Origin: Mycobacterium phage phiGD23-1
Direction: 5' to 3' (one strand)
Length of the DNA stretch: 60,535 bases
Sequence record: MW314855.1
A program made the translations under genes and the position numbers. This document shows, piece by piece, positions 11,001-20,988 of the stretch. Every line of letters starts with the position of its first letter. The stretch's first letter is position 1. A model generated the notes under the pieces. It worked only from the letters and a program-made list of their open reading frames with translations. It made no database searches and was not told the origin of the DNA.

Positions 11001-12096
11001 GGCGATGTTGGCGAAGAACGCCAGCGCCCTGGATCTCAACGGATTCATCTGGCGACAGCAGAGTTACGGATACGGTGGCTCGTTCTCGTCAGGCAAGCAG
11101 ATGCCCGATCGCGGCAGCCCGACTCAAAACCACATGGACCACGTGCATGTGATGTTGGGCTCCGGGCGTGGTTCAAATGCCGCGGCAGTAGGACTACCCA
11201 CAAGCAGCATTTCGCTACCTTCCGGCGGATCAGTTGCGGCCCAGGCGCTAGGTAACACCTCCGGCTCATCTGGTGGTGGAGCATCGCCCAAGCAGATCCG
11301 TGAGGCTGATGACCGCATCACTGACCTGTCCAACCGTCTAGACGTCACCGAGAAAGAGCTCGCAGACCTCGAATCCAACCCCAAGACAAAAGAGACGACC
11401 AAGGAGCGCAAACGCGACCAGGTTGACAAGCTCAAACGGGATCTACAGCAGGCGAAGGACGATCGCGGCGCACTGGATTCGAAGGGTTCCGGCGGTTTCG
11501 GCGGCGGCAACAACCCGTACGCCAAGATCATGGAGGGAATCTCCGAGATCTTGCCGGACTTCGGCGGCCTCGCTGACATCGGAATCGGCGGGCTCAAGGA
11601 ATCTCTTTTGCCCCCCGGATTCTCTGACCCAACCCAGTGGGGATTAGTCCAGGCCGGCTCCACGCTCCTGAAGTTCTTTGGCGGCCTGCGCAACAACTCC
11701 GACGGCTCACCCCTCCTCGGCGAGGGTGGAGCGCTGTTCGCGAACATCGCCGGATCTGCCATGTCTGGATCTGGTGGCGGGATTGTCGACGCGATAAAGA
11801 CCGTCATCCCAGCGCCGTTCGGCAGCATGGAGGCTAAGCAGCTTCAGGGCGCCCCAGGCGATATCAACCCCGTCAATCCCGGCGCACAACTCCCCGGAAC
11901 CGGATACGGCGACATGGGAGCGGCCTTCTCTCAAGGCAGCCCAGGCCCGAACCCGAGCGGAAACGCGCCGACGGTTGATCAATCAGTCACGGTCAACGCA
12001 ACTAACACGGATGCCGCTATTGCCAAAAACAATGCAGCCCAACTGCAACAGTACCGCCGGAGCAATAGCACGGGCACAATGCCAGGACCACGCTGA
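8098..12096 (+). CDS. Tape measure protein (with an internal LAS/M15-type peptidase motif, about 10740-11160)
   Basis: 1332 aa, the longest ORF, Ala/Gly-rich with hydrophobic segments; HSSGNAID (HxxGxAxD) and HMDHVHV motifs inside. Confidence 0.85.
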   Translation: MAVELSSGYVSATVRFDGVNRGISKLFDNVQKQAVSAGKRTGSAYAKALADEAKTAADQVKKISETVAKSRDKEADAAGKLKVALEKLNEAREAGTKGSKLTALSEAHASALRKQQSAASDLAKELDGLSRAQKRSETAQLSINKAPRPIRSRVTQLLSGSSDAAGREGGLAGRRFGDSFSNSLRTTGIVAAGTAVGNLAANAMTKAASLATSGVSAIVTKGLDFEKTMNTLSGVTGASTDVMQRFRDTAKALGNDMTLSNTSAADAAQAMTELAKAGFSVDESIAAAKGTLQLAAAAQVTAGQAAEIQANALQAFGLKADYASKAADVLSNAANASSAEITDVAFALQAGGSVARQTGVSLEDTAASIALLANNGIKGSDAGTLLKSALLKLSAPSDQAAGALQELGVSAFDAQGNFVGMEALFGQLQAASKRMTPEMYAMNTSIAFGSDAARLAGVAAKDGAAGFDKMRDAMNQEGSAAKLAAAQNQGLPGVIERLKNAAETLAITLFEKIQGPLSSIGDGLTGFTNKMQDAFENPAVSQAAGNIGAALSSIGTAFGNVLSAVGPSLVSGLSDAVNLIVRFKDFLIPLVAGLAAYKTVMLAITIATKAWAAVQALLNIALTANPIGLIIAAIAGLVAGIVLLYNRNETFRKIVQVTWAAIKNVIGAVWGWLSTTVFPGLKAAFTVIGAAATWLWNNAITPAWNGIKEVIGLAWEVASDLFDNWKRAMNLLGQGALWLWNNAISPAWEGIKTAISAAWNFVSPILDKFSSGWDALKSGITGASSAIKDAVTSAFSGLAAVIKAPLKVLGTFLAAIPSEVFGFQIPGADKLNSWGKTLQGFASGGLVRGPGSGTSDSILAWLSNGEGVVTAKGMQNGGAGIVAALNSGWVPSAAYLHDMMRAPGYAQGLNPGADYLRSMVMKMWPQIKNIYGRRAEDGYGEHSSGNAIDIMIPDYNSPQGMALGNTIAAMLAKNASALDLNGFIWRQQSYGYGGSFSSGKQMPDRGSPTQNHMDHVHVMLGSGRGSNAAAVGLPTSSISLPSGGSVAAQALGNTSGSSGGGASPKQIREADDRITDLSNRLDVTEKELADLESNPKTKETTKERKRDQVDKLKRDLQQAKDDRGALDSKGSGGFGGGNNPYAKIMEGISEILPDFGGLADIGIGGLKESLLPPGFSDPTQWGLVQAGSTLLKFFGGLRNNSDGSPLLGEGGALFANIAGSAMSGSGGGIVDAIKTVIPAPFGSMEAKQLQGAPGDINPVNPGAQLPGTGYGDMGAAFSQGSPGPNPSGNAPTVDQSVTVNATNTDAAIAKNNAAQLQQYRRSNSTGTMPGPR

Positions 12097-13199
12097 TGGC
12101 ACTTTCTAACCCGTGGATCCACGGTCCCGAAACCGGCGAGGACTTTAACAATCTGCCACCACACCTGCAGGGTGTGGAGACGAAGATCGTCTACGTCGGC
12201 GTGGTCCACCCGATTCACAAGAAGCGATTCACCTGGAATCTGCTGGGATCTCATCACGGCAAAGAGGGCGTCGTAATGGCGCCGACAGCGGTGGGGCTCT
12301 TCCACACACCATTCGAAACCCTAATGTCCGAAGGGCCTTACCAGATCGGCGCCGAACCAGAACGCACCGACTGGAAAAAACGCATGATCTCCCTGGCTGT
12401 CCATGTGAATCCGGACATTGCCCCCTGGGATAACAACGGCAAGCTCATCGACACCCCATTCCGGTATCGGATGATCGAAGAGCGCTGGTGGGGTTCATGG
12501 TCGGCCACCGAAGACGGATACCTGGGAGTCTTCACCCGCACCCATGGATGGCGGTGGCTTCGAGTCCGCCTAGCCGAAGAGCCCAAAGACGCATGGGAAC
12601 TCGATCCCGTGGCATTTGGCAACAACTTCATGACATGGAACATGAGCATCGTTGCCACACAGCCCTACTTCGCCAAGCGAACCGAGTTCAAGACGTGGCA
12701 GAACGATATCGACACCTCCACCCTGTGGGACAAGATCGAGGACCTGCTCAACGAATTCATCCCCGGGCTGGATGTGGGCGAAGGGGCCATTCGGGTCCCT
12801 AACCGGGGGGATATCGCTGTCTATCCGAAATTCCTCGTGTCCTCACCTGGCAAGTGCTGGATCCAGGAAGGGGACCGGTGGGTTGAACTCCCACTCCTGA
12901 GCCCCAAAGACGGATACATCATGGTCGACACCGATCCGAACGCCCAAACACTCACCGCAACAACCGATCCAGTTGACCCGCTATTCATGCGGATTCTACG
13001 GAACTCGCAACTCCTCGACGTCCTCCTGCATGACCTGCTTTCCATCACCTTGCCGGTGTGGAGGCGTATGGAAGACCGATTCACCGAAGCATCAAAGATA
13101 CCGCCCCGCACGCTCGCGGCAGTGAAGGTGCGCCACTCCAACGCTGATGGGCGGGTCACCATGTTTGTTCCCCAACGCTATTCAAAGGGCTTCGCGTAG
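12096..13199 (+). CDS. Minor tail protein
   Basis: Synteny after the tape measure; overlapping start. Confidence 0.55.
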   Translation: MALSNPWIHGPETGEDFNNLPPHLQGVETKIVYVGVVHPIHKKRFTWNLLGSHHGKEGVVMAPTAVGLFHTPFETLMSEGPYQIGAEPERTDWKKRMISLAVHVNPDIAPWDNNGKLIDTPFRYRMIEERWWGSWSATEDGYLGVFTRTHGWRWLRVRLAEEPKDAWELDPVAFGNNFMTWNMSIVATQPYFAKRTEFKTWQNDIDTSTLWDKIEDLLNEFIPGLDVGEGAIRVPNRGDIAVYPKFLVSSPGKCWIQEGDRWVELPLLSPKDGYIMVDTDPNAQTLTATTDPVDPLFMRILRNSQLLDVLLHDLLSITLPVWRRMEDRFTEASKIPPRTLAAVKVRHSNADGRVTMFVPQRYSKGFA

Positions 13200-13201
13200 C
13201 A

Positions 13202-14998
13202 GTGTCAGGTGATTGGTCGATTGATCTGACCGACTTCACAAGCCTGCAAGGAATCCTGGACCGGCTGCTCCGCGAGACGCAGACCACCCCAGACCTCGGC
13301 GACCCGATGGTGGCATACCGCTACCTCAACGCGCGCCGGCAGGCAATGAAGGACGCCTACAAACAGCGCCCCCTGCTTCGGATCTGGGACAAGCACCATC
13401 GCTACATCGCCGACTTGGCTGGCGAAAAGTCAGTCGTTGTCGAGGAAGTCATGGCGGACTCCGGTACCGCCACCGTCGTCATCAAGCACTCCAACTGGCT
13501 GTCCAAATTCCTGCTCTACGACCGCCGCGCTGAAGAAGATATCCAATTCACGCTAGATCCAAACCCCACCAACCGTTCCTGGCAGAACCGTTGGGGCGGA
13601 AAGATCGTGAACGTCAACGCCGTCCGCGACAAAGACGGCCTACACACCGTCGAACTCGAAATGGTGCACAACCGGGAACACGCCAAACACATCCTCGGTG
13701 GCGCCAATCCTCTACTCCCGCCGGAAATCCAATTTCCGAAGATGTTCTTCCTTCCCTGGAACATGCGCACCGCCGGCTCCATCATCATGTTCCTGAACCT
13801 CGCTCGGCAGTTCTTCCCGCTACTGAGTATCCCCACGAACATCTTCAACCCTGGCGCCTGGCTGGGGGTTCGGGACGTCATCGGCGGCCTGAACCCGTTG
13901 GCGTGGCCTATCCAGGTCCAATTCGTCAACCCACTGTTCGATCAGTCCCGTACCACGATCCTGTCGTCCCGGTGGCAAGACCTGCACACCGTTTTGGCTG
14001 CGCCGATGCAGGACGCCGGCTGCATGCTGCGCGCCTACACCTGGCTGACCGAAGATGACACCTCGCCGCACCCAGAACTGGAGGCACTCGGGGATGCGCT
14101 GGCACGCCCAACACGAAACTGCGTTGTCTTCGCATTCGAAGACAAGTCCGGGGTTACTGGACCCACGGGGACCTTGATTGACGGCCCGCTGCGGCTCATC
14201 GCGGAGACCGCAGACGACCTGATCACCAACGCCATCGTCCCGCCCGACATGTACGACGAAGACGGCGACGGCAAAACCGATCCACTGATCAGGAAATGGC
14301 TGGGGTTCGCCCCCGCTAAGCCCAAGGTAGTTTTCCGCGAAGGGGAATACACCGGGATCATCGACGCGAAACGGTCCATGAAGGGATCGACAGCAAAGAC
14401 CGTGATGACCGGCTCCCGGTCACCGGCATGGCTGAATCAACTCCAAACATTCGGCATCAAGTACGGACTTTCCCAGCTGTCCGCGGTCGTCAGCTATGTG
14501 ATCGGCGCCTACCAGCAGCCCGGAACCCCCGGTTTGGAGGAGCTATACCAAGGGCAGCTGGATAACACGCTGTTCGCATGGCAACGATTCACCGATCCGC
14601 GCCGCGTCCTGCTCATGGGCGACCTGGGGTTTCTGGAGCATTTCGAGCAAGGCCAAGGGACCGCCTACACGTCAGCGGGAATCCTGGATCTGCGCAACGG
14701 GCATTGGAAGACAAGGGCGTTCGTCAGCTTCAAGACAAGTATCCGCAACGGCATGCCTTGGATAGCCGATGAGCATTTCACGCTCGGTGACAGGGTCGCG
14801 TTCCAGTTGGGAAGCGTCCTGCACGTCGACCAAGTGTCGGCGATCCGCCGCTCATACGACGCTGACTCGCCACTACTGGTTGAACTATCGCTCGGCCAGG
14901 ACTTGGACGAAGAAGACCCGGTAGCCAAGTCGATGCGAACACTCGCGGGCTTCTGGAACCTCGCCGGAACCTTCTTCGGTTCCGACTCAATGTTCTGA
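13202..14998 (+). CDS. Minor tail protein (GTG start)
   Basis: 598 aa, synteny. Confidence 0.55.
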   Translation: MSGDWSIDLTDFTSLQGILDRLLRETQTTPDLGDPMVAYRYLNARRQAMKDAYKQRPLLRIWDKHHRYIADLAGEKSVVVEEVMADSGTATVVIKHSNWLSKFLLYDRRAEEDIQFTLDPNPTNRSWQNRWGGKIVNVNAVRDKDGLHTVELEMVHNREHAKHILGGANPLLPPEIQFPKMFFLPWNMRTAGSIIMFLNLARQFFPLLSIPTNIFNPGAWLGVRDVIGGLNPLAWPIQVQFVNPLFDQSRTTILSSRWQDLHTVLAAPMQDAGCMLRAYTWLTEDDTSPHPELEALGDALARPTRNCVVFAFEDKSGVTGPTGTLIDGPLRLIAETADDLITNAIVPPDMYDEDGDGKTDPLIRKWLGFAPAKPKVVFREGEYTGIIDAKRSMKGSTAKTVMTGSRSPAWLNQLQTFGIKYGLSQLSAVVSYVIGAYQQPGTPGLEELYQGQLDNTLFAWQRFTDPRRVLLMGDLGFLEHFEQGQGTAYTSAGILDLRNGHWKTRAFVSFKTSIRNGMPWIADEHFTLGDRVAFQLGSVLHVDQVSAIRRSYDADSPLLVELSLGQDLDEEDPVAKSMRTLAGFWNLAGTFFGSDSMF

Positions 14999-15012
14999 GC
15001 AAAGGAACGAAA

Positions 15013-15531
15013 TTGGCTGCAGATAAGTACGTTCCGCGTGCCCTACAAGCCTATGCGGAGAAGCAGAAGGCCCAGGACGCGCAGAAAGCGGAGATGGAAA
15101 GCGCCTATCAGGACTTTCTGACGGACTGCCACTACCCGCAGGACAAAGACGGAAACCGCATGGACTCGGCGCATTTCGTGTGGCTTGTGGGTTACCACAT
15201 GATCAGGTGCGGGTGGCGGCGCTCGGCGCAACCCCTCATCAAACCACGGGCCGTCGAGGCACCCGGAGTAGTCGAAGGCGCCATCGAATGGGTCCCTATC
15301 GACGCACCCGACGACCCCCTAGAGGGCGTCGAGAACATGACGTTCGCACAGATCAACGCCCTACCAGAGTGGCTGAAACGCAAAGCGATACAGCGACTCA
15401 ACGGCAACCAAGACGCAGATGACGACCTACCCGAAATGGCCGAACCGGCATGGCGGGTGACTCCGAACATCGCCATCAAAGATGAGCGACCCATCGGGGA
15501 TGACTTCGTGAAGGGAATCGAGAATGGCTGA
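15013..15531 (+). CDS. Hypothetical / minor tail-associated protein
   Basis: Position inside the tail module. Confidence 0.35.
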   Translation: MAADKYVPRALQAYAEKQKAQDAQKAEMESAYQDFLTDCHYPQDKDGNRMDSAHFVWLVGYHMIRCGWRRSAQPLIKPRAVEAPGVVEGAIEWVPIDAPDDPLEGVENMTFAQINALPEWLKRKAIQRLNGNQDADDDLPEMAEPAWRVTPNIAIKDERPIGDDFVKGIENG

Positions 15532-16609
15532 ACCGGGCGATACCCCCTACCTTGGGTCGATCCTTGCGCGCCTGCACTTCTGGGGTGTCGTCTCCGACAT
15601 GGACGTGCCCGGTGGCGTCACGGGCACATTTGAGCTTGCCGACCAAGACGGCGCAGTCACCATGGACGCCCTCGTCGGCCCTCCTGGTCCTGCTGGTGAG
15701 AATGCCCCCATCGTCAAGATGCAGTATCAGTCCAGCATCGACGACCCCGCCGATCTTCCCCAAAACCTCACCGACGATCCGATTGATATCGGAAAAGCCT
15801 GGTGGGTAGGCAACATCGTCTACCTGTGGGACGGCGAACACTACGTCCAGAAGCAGATGGGCACACAAGGCCCCCCGGGACCGCTGCCGAACATCACGCC
15901 CACGGTCCAACTACTGGACCCAGACAACCCCAGTTTGACCTCGGAGATCATCGTTTCGGGCACCTCCGCCAACCCGACATGGCTCCTGAAGCTCAAAGCA
16001 CCGCGTGGTCCGCAAGGCGATAACGCCACCATCCGAGACGCAACCGACTATGACGACTCGGTCGCGCCCGCCGCAGGACAGGTCATTGCTTGGAACGGCG
16101 TCGACTACGCGCCAGCCGACTTCAACCCCTTGGCGACACGTTTCTACACCGTCCCCGAGTCTGCGTTCACCGACTTCACGGGTCTAGCCACACGGCAGAC
16201 GATCGGCTCATTCATCATCCCACCGATGCCGTTCGACTACGTCCCCGTAGTGCACGGGCATTTCAAGGCCAACGGCATCGAACTCGACGCCGACCCATTC
16301 ATTATCGGCTCCGAGGTCCGCATCGGTAACGCCACAAGCGGCCAGCTGATCGCCAAGGGCGCCGGCAACATGTCCTCCTGGTCCGCCCTGTTCCCGCATG
16401 CCTCATCCACGGGCTCCCCGAACACCGCTATCACCCCAGACAACGGGATCGGCATGATCCCGGCCTACAGCACCGGTACAACGTCAACTTTGTACGTGAA
16501 CCTCGTCAACGAGGGCATGGCGGGCTTCTACTCCTTCAACAAAGCGGGCGCACAGCTCTCAATCCTCATCGTCCCAGTCTCTCCGTTGAAGCCTGAGGAC
16601 GGCTCCTAG
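15524..16609 (+). CDS. Minor tail protein
   Basis: 361 aa, synteny; overlapping starts. Confidence 0.45.
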   Translation: MAEPGDTPYLGSILARLHFWGVVSDMDVPGGVTGTFELADQDGAVTMDALVGPPGPAGENAPIVKMQYQSSIDDPADLPQNLTDDPIDIGKAWWVGNIVYLWDGEHYVQKQMGTQGPPGPLPNITPTVQLLDPDNPSLTSEIIVSGTSANPTWLLKLKAPRGPQGDNATIRDATDYDDSVAPAAGQVIAWNGVDYAPADFNPLATRFYTVPESAFTDFTGLATRQTIGSFIIPPMPFDYVPVVHGHFKANGIELDADPFIIGSEVRIGNATSGQLIAKGAGNMSSWSALFPHASSTGSPNTAITPDNGIGMIPAYSTGTTSTLYVNLVNEGMAGFYSFNKAGAQLSILIVPVSPLKPEDGS

Positions 16610-19053
16610 TGCCACGGTCTTTCGACCGCACCCCAGCGCCGTTCAACGACCCCAACCAGGGCATTGAGTTCCATATCGGCACCGCTTTTCAGCAAGGGCT
16701 GGACATGTGGAAGGCGATCATCGACGCCCTTGGGGAGTTCGCCGAAAACCTTGTCAAGGAACTCATTCAGAAGCTCCTAGGCTTGGACGTTGACCCGGAA
16801 CAGGCGCTCGAGGATCTATGGAACCTGCTCACCGGCTGGACTGACGATATCCCGATCCTCGGCGACATCATCCAGATCGTCAAGGACTTCCTCAACGGGA
16901 ATTCATTCCCAGGTGTGCTGTCAATATCCCGCATTGCCAACATCATCCAGGATCTGATCTACGGTGCGGGTGAGTTCCTGACCGCTGAGAGCGTCACCGA
17001 TAATCCGTACTTCGACTGGGATTCGGTGACGCCCGGTTTCATCTCGGGCGGCTCGATCCGGGCGACCGCCAACGGCACGCAGCAGGTGTTGCGCACAGAG
17101 CCGTTCGAGGTGTTCCCGGGTCAAACGTTGGAGTTGCGCGCCGCTTCGCAGTGGACCGGTGCGAGCGCGACCGCCGGCTCAAACCCCGTCAAGGTCGGGT
17201 TCACACCATTCGACGCGGACGGCAACCCGCTGGCCGATGTCATTCGCGGTTCGCTGCAACCTTCTGGTGATCATGGTTGGCAATGGATTCCGGTCGCCGA
17301 TAAATGGCCCGTGCCCGCCGGTGTGAAATACGTATCGCAGCTGCTCATCCTCGATGCCGGAGCCACGGCCGGAACCTTCCGTTTCTCGAACGCTTCGGCG
17401 TGGGCGTCGAACCTGCTGGACCTCGGGCTGGTCAAGGATCTGCGTGAGATGGTCGATGCCATCGGCGGTGTTGTGAATTCCGAGGCAGCCAACATCGAGG
17501 ACCGCCTGCAGGCGATTACCGCTGACGGCAAGATCACCGCCTCGGAGATCGTCGGCTTGATCCAACAGGCGCAGGTCTCGGGCCTGGCCATCATGCAAAC
17601 GGTCATCAACCAGATTCTCGACATTCTCAACGGCAACATCGTGACCCCGATCAACTCCCTGGTGCAGGGGGTCAAGGACTGGTTTGGGCTGAACCAGAAC
17701 AAGACTCAGAAGTTGACCAGCGGCGGAAATCTGACGACGGCCGACGTTACCGGCACGTTCGACATGAGCCGGGTCGATGATCTTGTCGATAACCTCGGCA
17801 ACATTCTGTCTGGGGTCAAGGACGGCGCCGACGGCGTGGGCACCGGCACCACGGGCGCTATCGGGGACCGCATCAATCAGGCCAAGGACTCGCTACTGGC
17901 GCTACTGGGCTTGTCGCAGGATGCGCTCAAAAGCGCCATCGCCGCACAGACCACCCTGCAAGAGCAGGAGACCGAGCAGAACACCGGCGACGGCAATAGC
18001 TACAGTTTCGTGTTCTCCGGGGCCGACGGTGCCGCACTGAATTCGACCGATTGGACCACCGGCCCCACGCCCGGCGATATCACCATTCGGGGCGACTCGG
18101 GGTATGCGGGTGTCAAGAACGGCAACCCTGACGGGTACTACTTCGCCAGCCCCAACTACACCTATGCCACGGACGGGCAGTCCGCCTCATTCGTGCTCGG
18201 CAACACCCAAAACGGAAACTACTACTCCGGGGTGTTCATTCGCTGCAACGCCGATCGCACCACGGGCGCCTACTGCCTGGCCAAAGAGGGCGAGATCCGT
18301 ATCGGCAAGTTCACCCGCTCGGGTTCTAGCTGGTCGTTCAGCACGCCGCTGACCCTGCAAACGGGCCTGTCGGCGGTTAAGCAGGGCGCGCGTATCGAGA
18401 TCCGCTGCTCGGGAAGTAACTACTTCGTGCGCGTTAACGGACGCCAGATCCTGTCAGCCACCGACGCAGGAAACACCATCAGCATCGGTGCGGCGTACCG
18501 GTATTCGATGTTCAGCGTTCAGCGGGCCAGCCCGTTTTTCACCTACGACTCCTACCGGGTCGCGGCGTTCGCGATGTCCGACTACACCTCTGCGGGAGCG
18601 GGATTCTCGATGTCAAATTCGTGGAGCATCAGACGCGACAGCACCGCCGACGTCACCTATGGCCCCTACTCGTCCGGCGCATTCCCTTCCGGGTTCTTCA
18701 CATTCAACGACTACACCACCGACGTCACTCTCGACGACTTGGGCACGGCCCGCATCGAGATCGCCACCACCGGCCTGTACCGGATCAGCACCACCTACCG
18801 ATCGGTCACCGCCAAAGGCACGTCCGTGCCCTATTGGGTGGTGTACAAGAACGGCACCCGCATCACCGGCGCCATCCCATCGGGCTGCCCGTTTGAGATC
18901 CCTCTCGTGGCAGGAGATTTCGTGCAGCCGGGATTTATCGCCGTCGACTACGACGTACGTTCCAACGGCTCGACAGGATCGGAAACCGTTGTCGCACGCA
19001 GCATCACAGCACTATCCGGCATCGCCACATTCGATGGCCGCCGAATCGCATAA
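16609..19053 (+). CDS. Minor tail protein (large, probable receptor-binding or fibre component)
   Basis: 814 aa in the distal tail module; Gly/Thr/Ser-rich C-terminal region. Confidence 0.5.
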   Translation: MPRSFDRTPAPFNDPNQGIEFHIGTAFQQGLDMWKAIIDALGEFAENLVKELIQKLLGLDVDPEQALEDLWNLLTGWTDDIPILGDIIQIVKDFLNGNSFPGVLSISRIANIIQDLIYGAGEFLTAESVTDNPYFDWDSVTPGFISGGSIRATANGTQQVLRTEPFEVFPGQTLELRAASQWTGASATAGSNPVKVGFTPFDADGNPLADVIRGSLQPSGDHGWQWIPVADKWPVPAGVKYVSQLLILDAGATAGTFRFSNASAWASNLLDLGLVKDLREMVDAIGGVVNSEAANIEDRLQAITADGKITASEIVGLIQQAQVSGLAIMQTVINQILDILNGNIVTPINSLVQGVKDWFGLNQNKTQKLTSGGNLTTADVTGTFDMSRVDDLVDNLGNILSGVKDGADGVGTGTTGAIGDRINQAKDSLLALLGLSQDALKSAIAAQTTLQEQETEQNTGDGNSYSFVFSGADGAALNSTDWTTGPTPGDITIRGDSGYAGVKNGNPDGYYFASPNYTYATDGQSASFVLGNTQNGNYYSGVFIRCNADRTTGAYCLAKEGEIRIGKFTRSGSSWSFSTPLTLQTGLSAVKQGARIEIRCSGSNYFVRVNGRQILSATDAGNTISIGAAYRYSMFSVQRASPFFTYDSYRVAAFAMSDYTSAGAGFSMSNSWSIRRDSTADVTYGPYSSGAFPSGFFTFNDYTTDVTLDDLGTARIEIATTGLYRISTTYRSVTAKGTSVPYWVVYKNGTRITGAIPSGCPFEIPLVAGDFVQPGFIAVDYDVRSNGSTGSETVVARSITALSGIATFDGRRIA

Positions 19054-19250
19054 CCCAGAGAGAGGCCCAAGAGATGGCGACAACGTTCACCATGCCCGAA
19101 CTGCCCGGTATCACCTTCACGGTAGAGCGCGGAGGACTCGACCCGGACGGGAAGCCCAACCCGTCCTGGATGCAAATTACCGGCACCCGCGATGCCGAGA
19201 ATGACGAAGAGGCGCAGGTGGTCTCGCGCATAGGATTCGCTGGCCCGTAA

Positions 19251-20405
19251 ATGCCCTGGTCTCCAAACCCGACCGTTCCCGCTGCGCGGTCGGGCGGTAA
19301 GTGGTCGCCCAATCCAGTCGCGCCAGCAAGCGCACCGGGAGGCCGGTGGCACGCCGTAATAGGCATCGACGCATCTCTGGCGATCATGTGCGTCGGCGAG
19401 GTCGAACTCATCGCCATGCAGGCGCTCGGGGTTGTGCAGTCGATTCACCTATCCCGAGACCTGGCGCTACAGGCGGTCTACCAACTGGCCGCGCAGCGAT
19501 CGATCCTGGTCACCCGGAACCTGCAACTACAGGCCACATTCCAACAGGATCTCGCACTGGCCGTCACCATGGAACGCGCGCTATTCCTGGCCAAGGTCAT
19601 CGGATGCGACCTCGCGCAGGCCGTGAGTATGACCGGCACCATCTCATTGGCCCGGGTCGCGCCGATCGATTTGACGTGCAACATGACGGCGCCGCGATCG
19701 ATCAGCTTCGACAAGCTACTGCCCGTCAACCTGACGCGCACCGTCTCGATGTCCTCGGCCCTGGTGATCGAACGGGTCGCCAAGATCGACGCCGCACTCA
19801 CGGTGACCATGGCACGCGCCTGCACCCTCGGCTATCCGCCGGGCGGTTTGCCTGTCCTGGCCAGCTACACCACCGCCGGTGCGTTCACTCACAACATCGT
19901 GCGCAACTGCGACTTCATGGACTGCGTTGGGTGCGGTGCCGGAGGCGGCGGGGGTGGCGGTGACGGCGGCCTGGGCAGCACCGGACAGGGCGGCCGTAAA
20001 GGCGCATGGAACGCGCGCACCGTCGCCCGCAACATCGACATCCCCGGCTCCGCATTGACCCTGACCGGCATGGTGGGCGCGCCCGGAGCCGCGGGAGCCA
20101 AGGAGAAAGACGGCGGCGCCGGCGGTGACACCACATTCCTGATCAACGGAATCACCACCACGTGTGCCGGTGGCGCCGGCGGTAAAGGCGCCTACGCCGG
20201 CAACGGACTCAACCAGCCCGGCGAGGCTGCGGGCAACACCACCCTCAACGGCCAGACCTACACCGGCGGCGCGCAGGCAGGCACCAACACCAACGGCAAC
20301 TCACCCGGAGGTGGCGGCGGCCCCGGCTCAGGCGGCGTATTCGGCATCGCCAACCCCGGACGCCTCGGCGGAACGGGCATAGCACATATCCGGTCGTATC
20401 AATAG
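19251..20405 (+). CDS. Minor tail protein, glycine-rich (about 19-aa periodic repeats at the N-terminus, GGGGGGDGG collagen-like C-terminus)
   Basis: Composition and repeats visible in the translation; position in the tail module. Confidence 0.5.
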   Translation: MPWSPNPTVPAARSGGKWSPNPVAPASAPGGRWHAVIGIDASLAIMCVGEVELIAMQALGVVQSIHLSRDLALQAVYQLAAQRSILVTRNLQLQATFQQDLALAVTMERALFLAKVIGCDLAQAVSMTGTISLARVAPIDLTCNMTAPRSISFDKLLPVNLTRTVSMSSALVIERVAKIDAALTVTMARACTLGYPPGGLPVLASYTTAGAFTHNIVRNCDFMDCVGCGAGGGGGGGDGGLGSTGQGGRKGAWNARTVARNIDIPGSALTLTGMVGAPGAAGAKEKDGGAGGDTTFLINGITTTCAGGAGGKGAYAGNGLNQPGEAAGNTTLNGQTYTGGAQAGTNTNGNSPGGGGGPGSGGVFGIANPGRLGGTGIAHIRSYQ

Positions 20406-20420
20406 AAAGGGAAATCCACT

Positions 20421-20804
20421 ATGGCATGGGGAATTTCGGCCTACCTGGCGAACAAGATTCTCGATCACATCTGCCGCAACGTGGCCTACACACCACCGGC
20501 AACCGTGTACGCCAAGATGCACACCGGCGATCCCGGCGCGAACGGAACAGCCAACGCATCCTCGGTGGCCACCCGCTACCCGTGTGCGTTCAACGCTGCT
20601 GCGGCCGGTTCGATCAGCCAATCCAACACCCCTGAACACACCCTCGGTGCCACGGAAACGATTGCCGGGGTGTCGTTCTGGGATCACCCCACGGCCGGGA
20701 ACTTCTTGTGGTCATCGCAGGCCGCCGCCACCAAGTCCGGTGCCAGCGGCGACATCATCCGCATCAACACCGACACCCTGACTCTCTCGCCGTTAGCTGC
20801 ATGA
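20421..20804 (+). CDS. Minor tail protein (small)
   Basis: 127 aa, RBS upstream; last gene of the tail module. Confidence 0.45.
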   Translation: MAWGISAYLANKILDHICRNVAYTPPATVYAKMHTGDPGANGTANASSVATRYPCAFNAAAAGSISQSNTPEHTLGATETIAGVSFWDHPTAGNFLWSSQAAATKSGASGDIIRINTDTLTLSPLAA

Positions 20805-20938
20805 TGTTCTCTCAACTGCTGCGGTACCCCGCCTTCTACGCCGTTATCGGGTTGGCGGGGTTCGGGTTCGGAGTGTGGTTCCGGCGCTCCCACTGGGCGG
20901 GTAGGCCTGGGCTTGATCCGCGGATCGGAGGTATCTGA
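20801..20938 (+). CDS. 45-aa single-pass membrane protein (MMFSQLLRYPAFYAVIGLAGFGFGVWFRR...), coupled into the lysis cassette
   Basis: ATGA overlap with the upstream stop and TGATG overlap with the downstream ORF; hydrophobic core. Confidence 0.3.
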   Translation: MMFSQLLRYPAFYAVIGLAGFGFGVWFRRSHWAGRPGLDPRIGGI

Positions 20939-20988
20939 TGCTGCGCAAGATCAATGAGTGGCTGGCCGCGATCTGGTGGTCGTACTGA
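20938..20988 (+). CDS. 16-codon leader ORF (MLRKINEWLAAIWWSY) with a strong GGAGG RBS, overlapping the lysin A start
   Basis: GGAGGTATCTGATG then 16 codons then TGATG into lysA; seen in the sequence. Confidence 0.25.
   Translation: MLRKINEWLAAIWWSY

Noticed and set aside
20958-20988. Track start (GTG 20958) for lysin A
   Set aside because: The ATG at 20988 overlaps the stop of a preceding RBS-bearing mini-ORF (TGATG coupling), while the GTG has no RBS. The ATG is preferred, though the GTG cannot be excluded.
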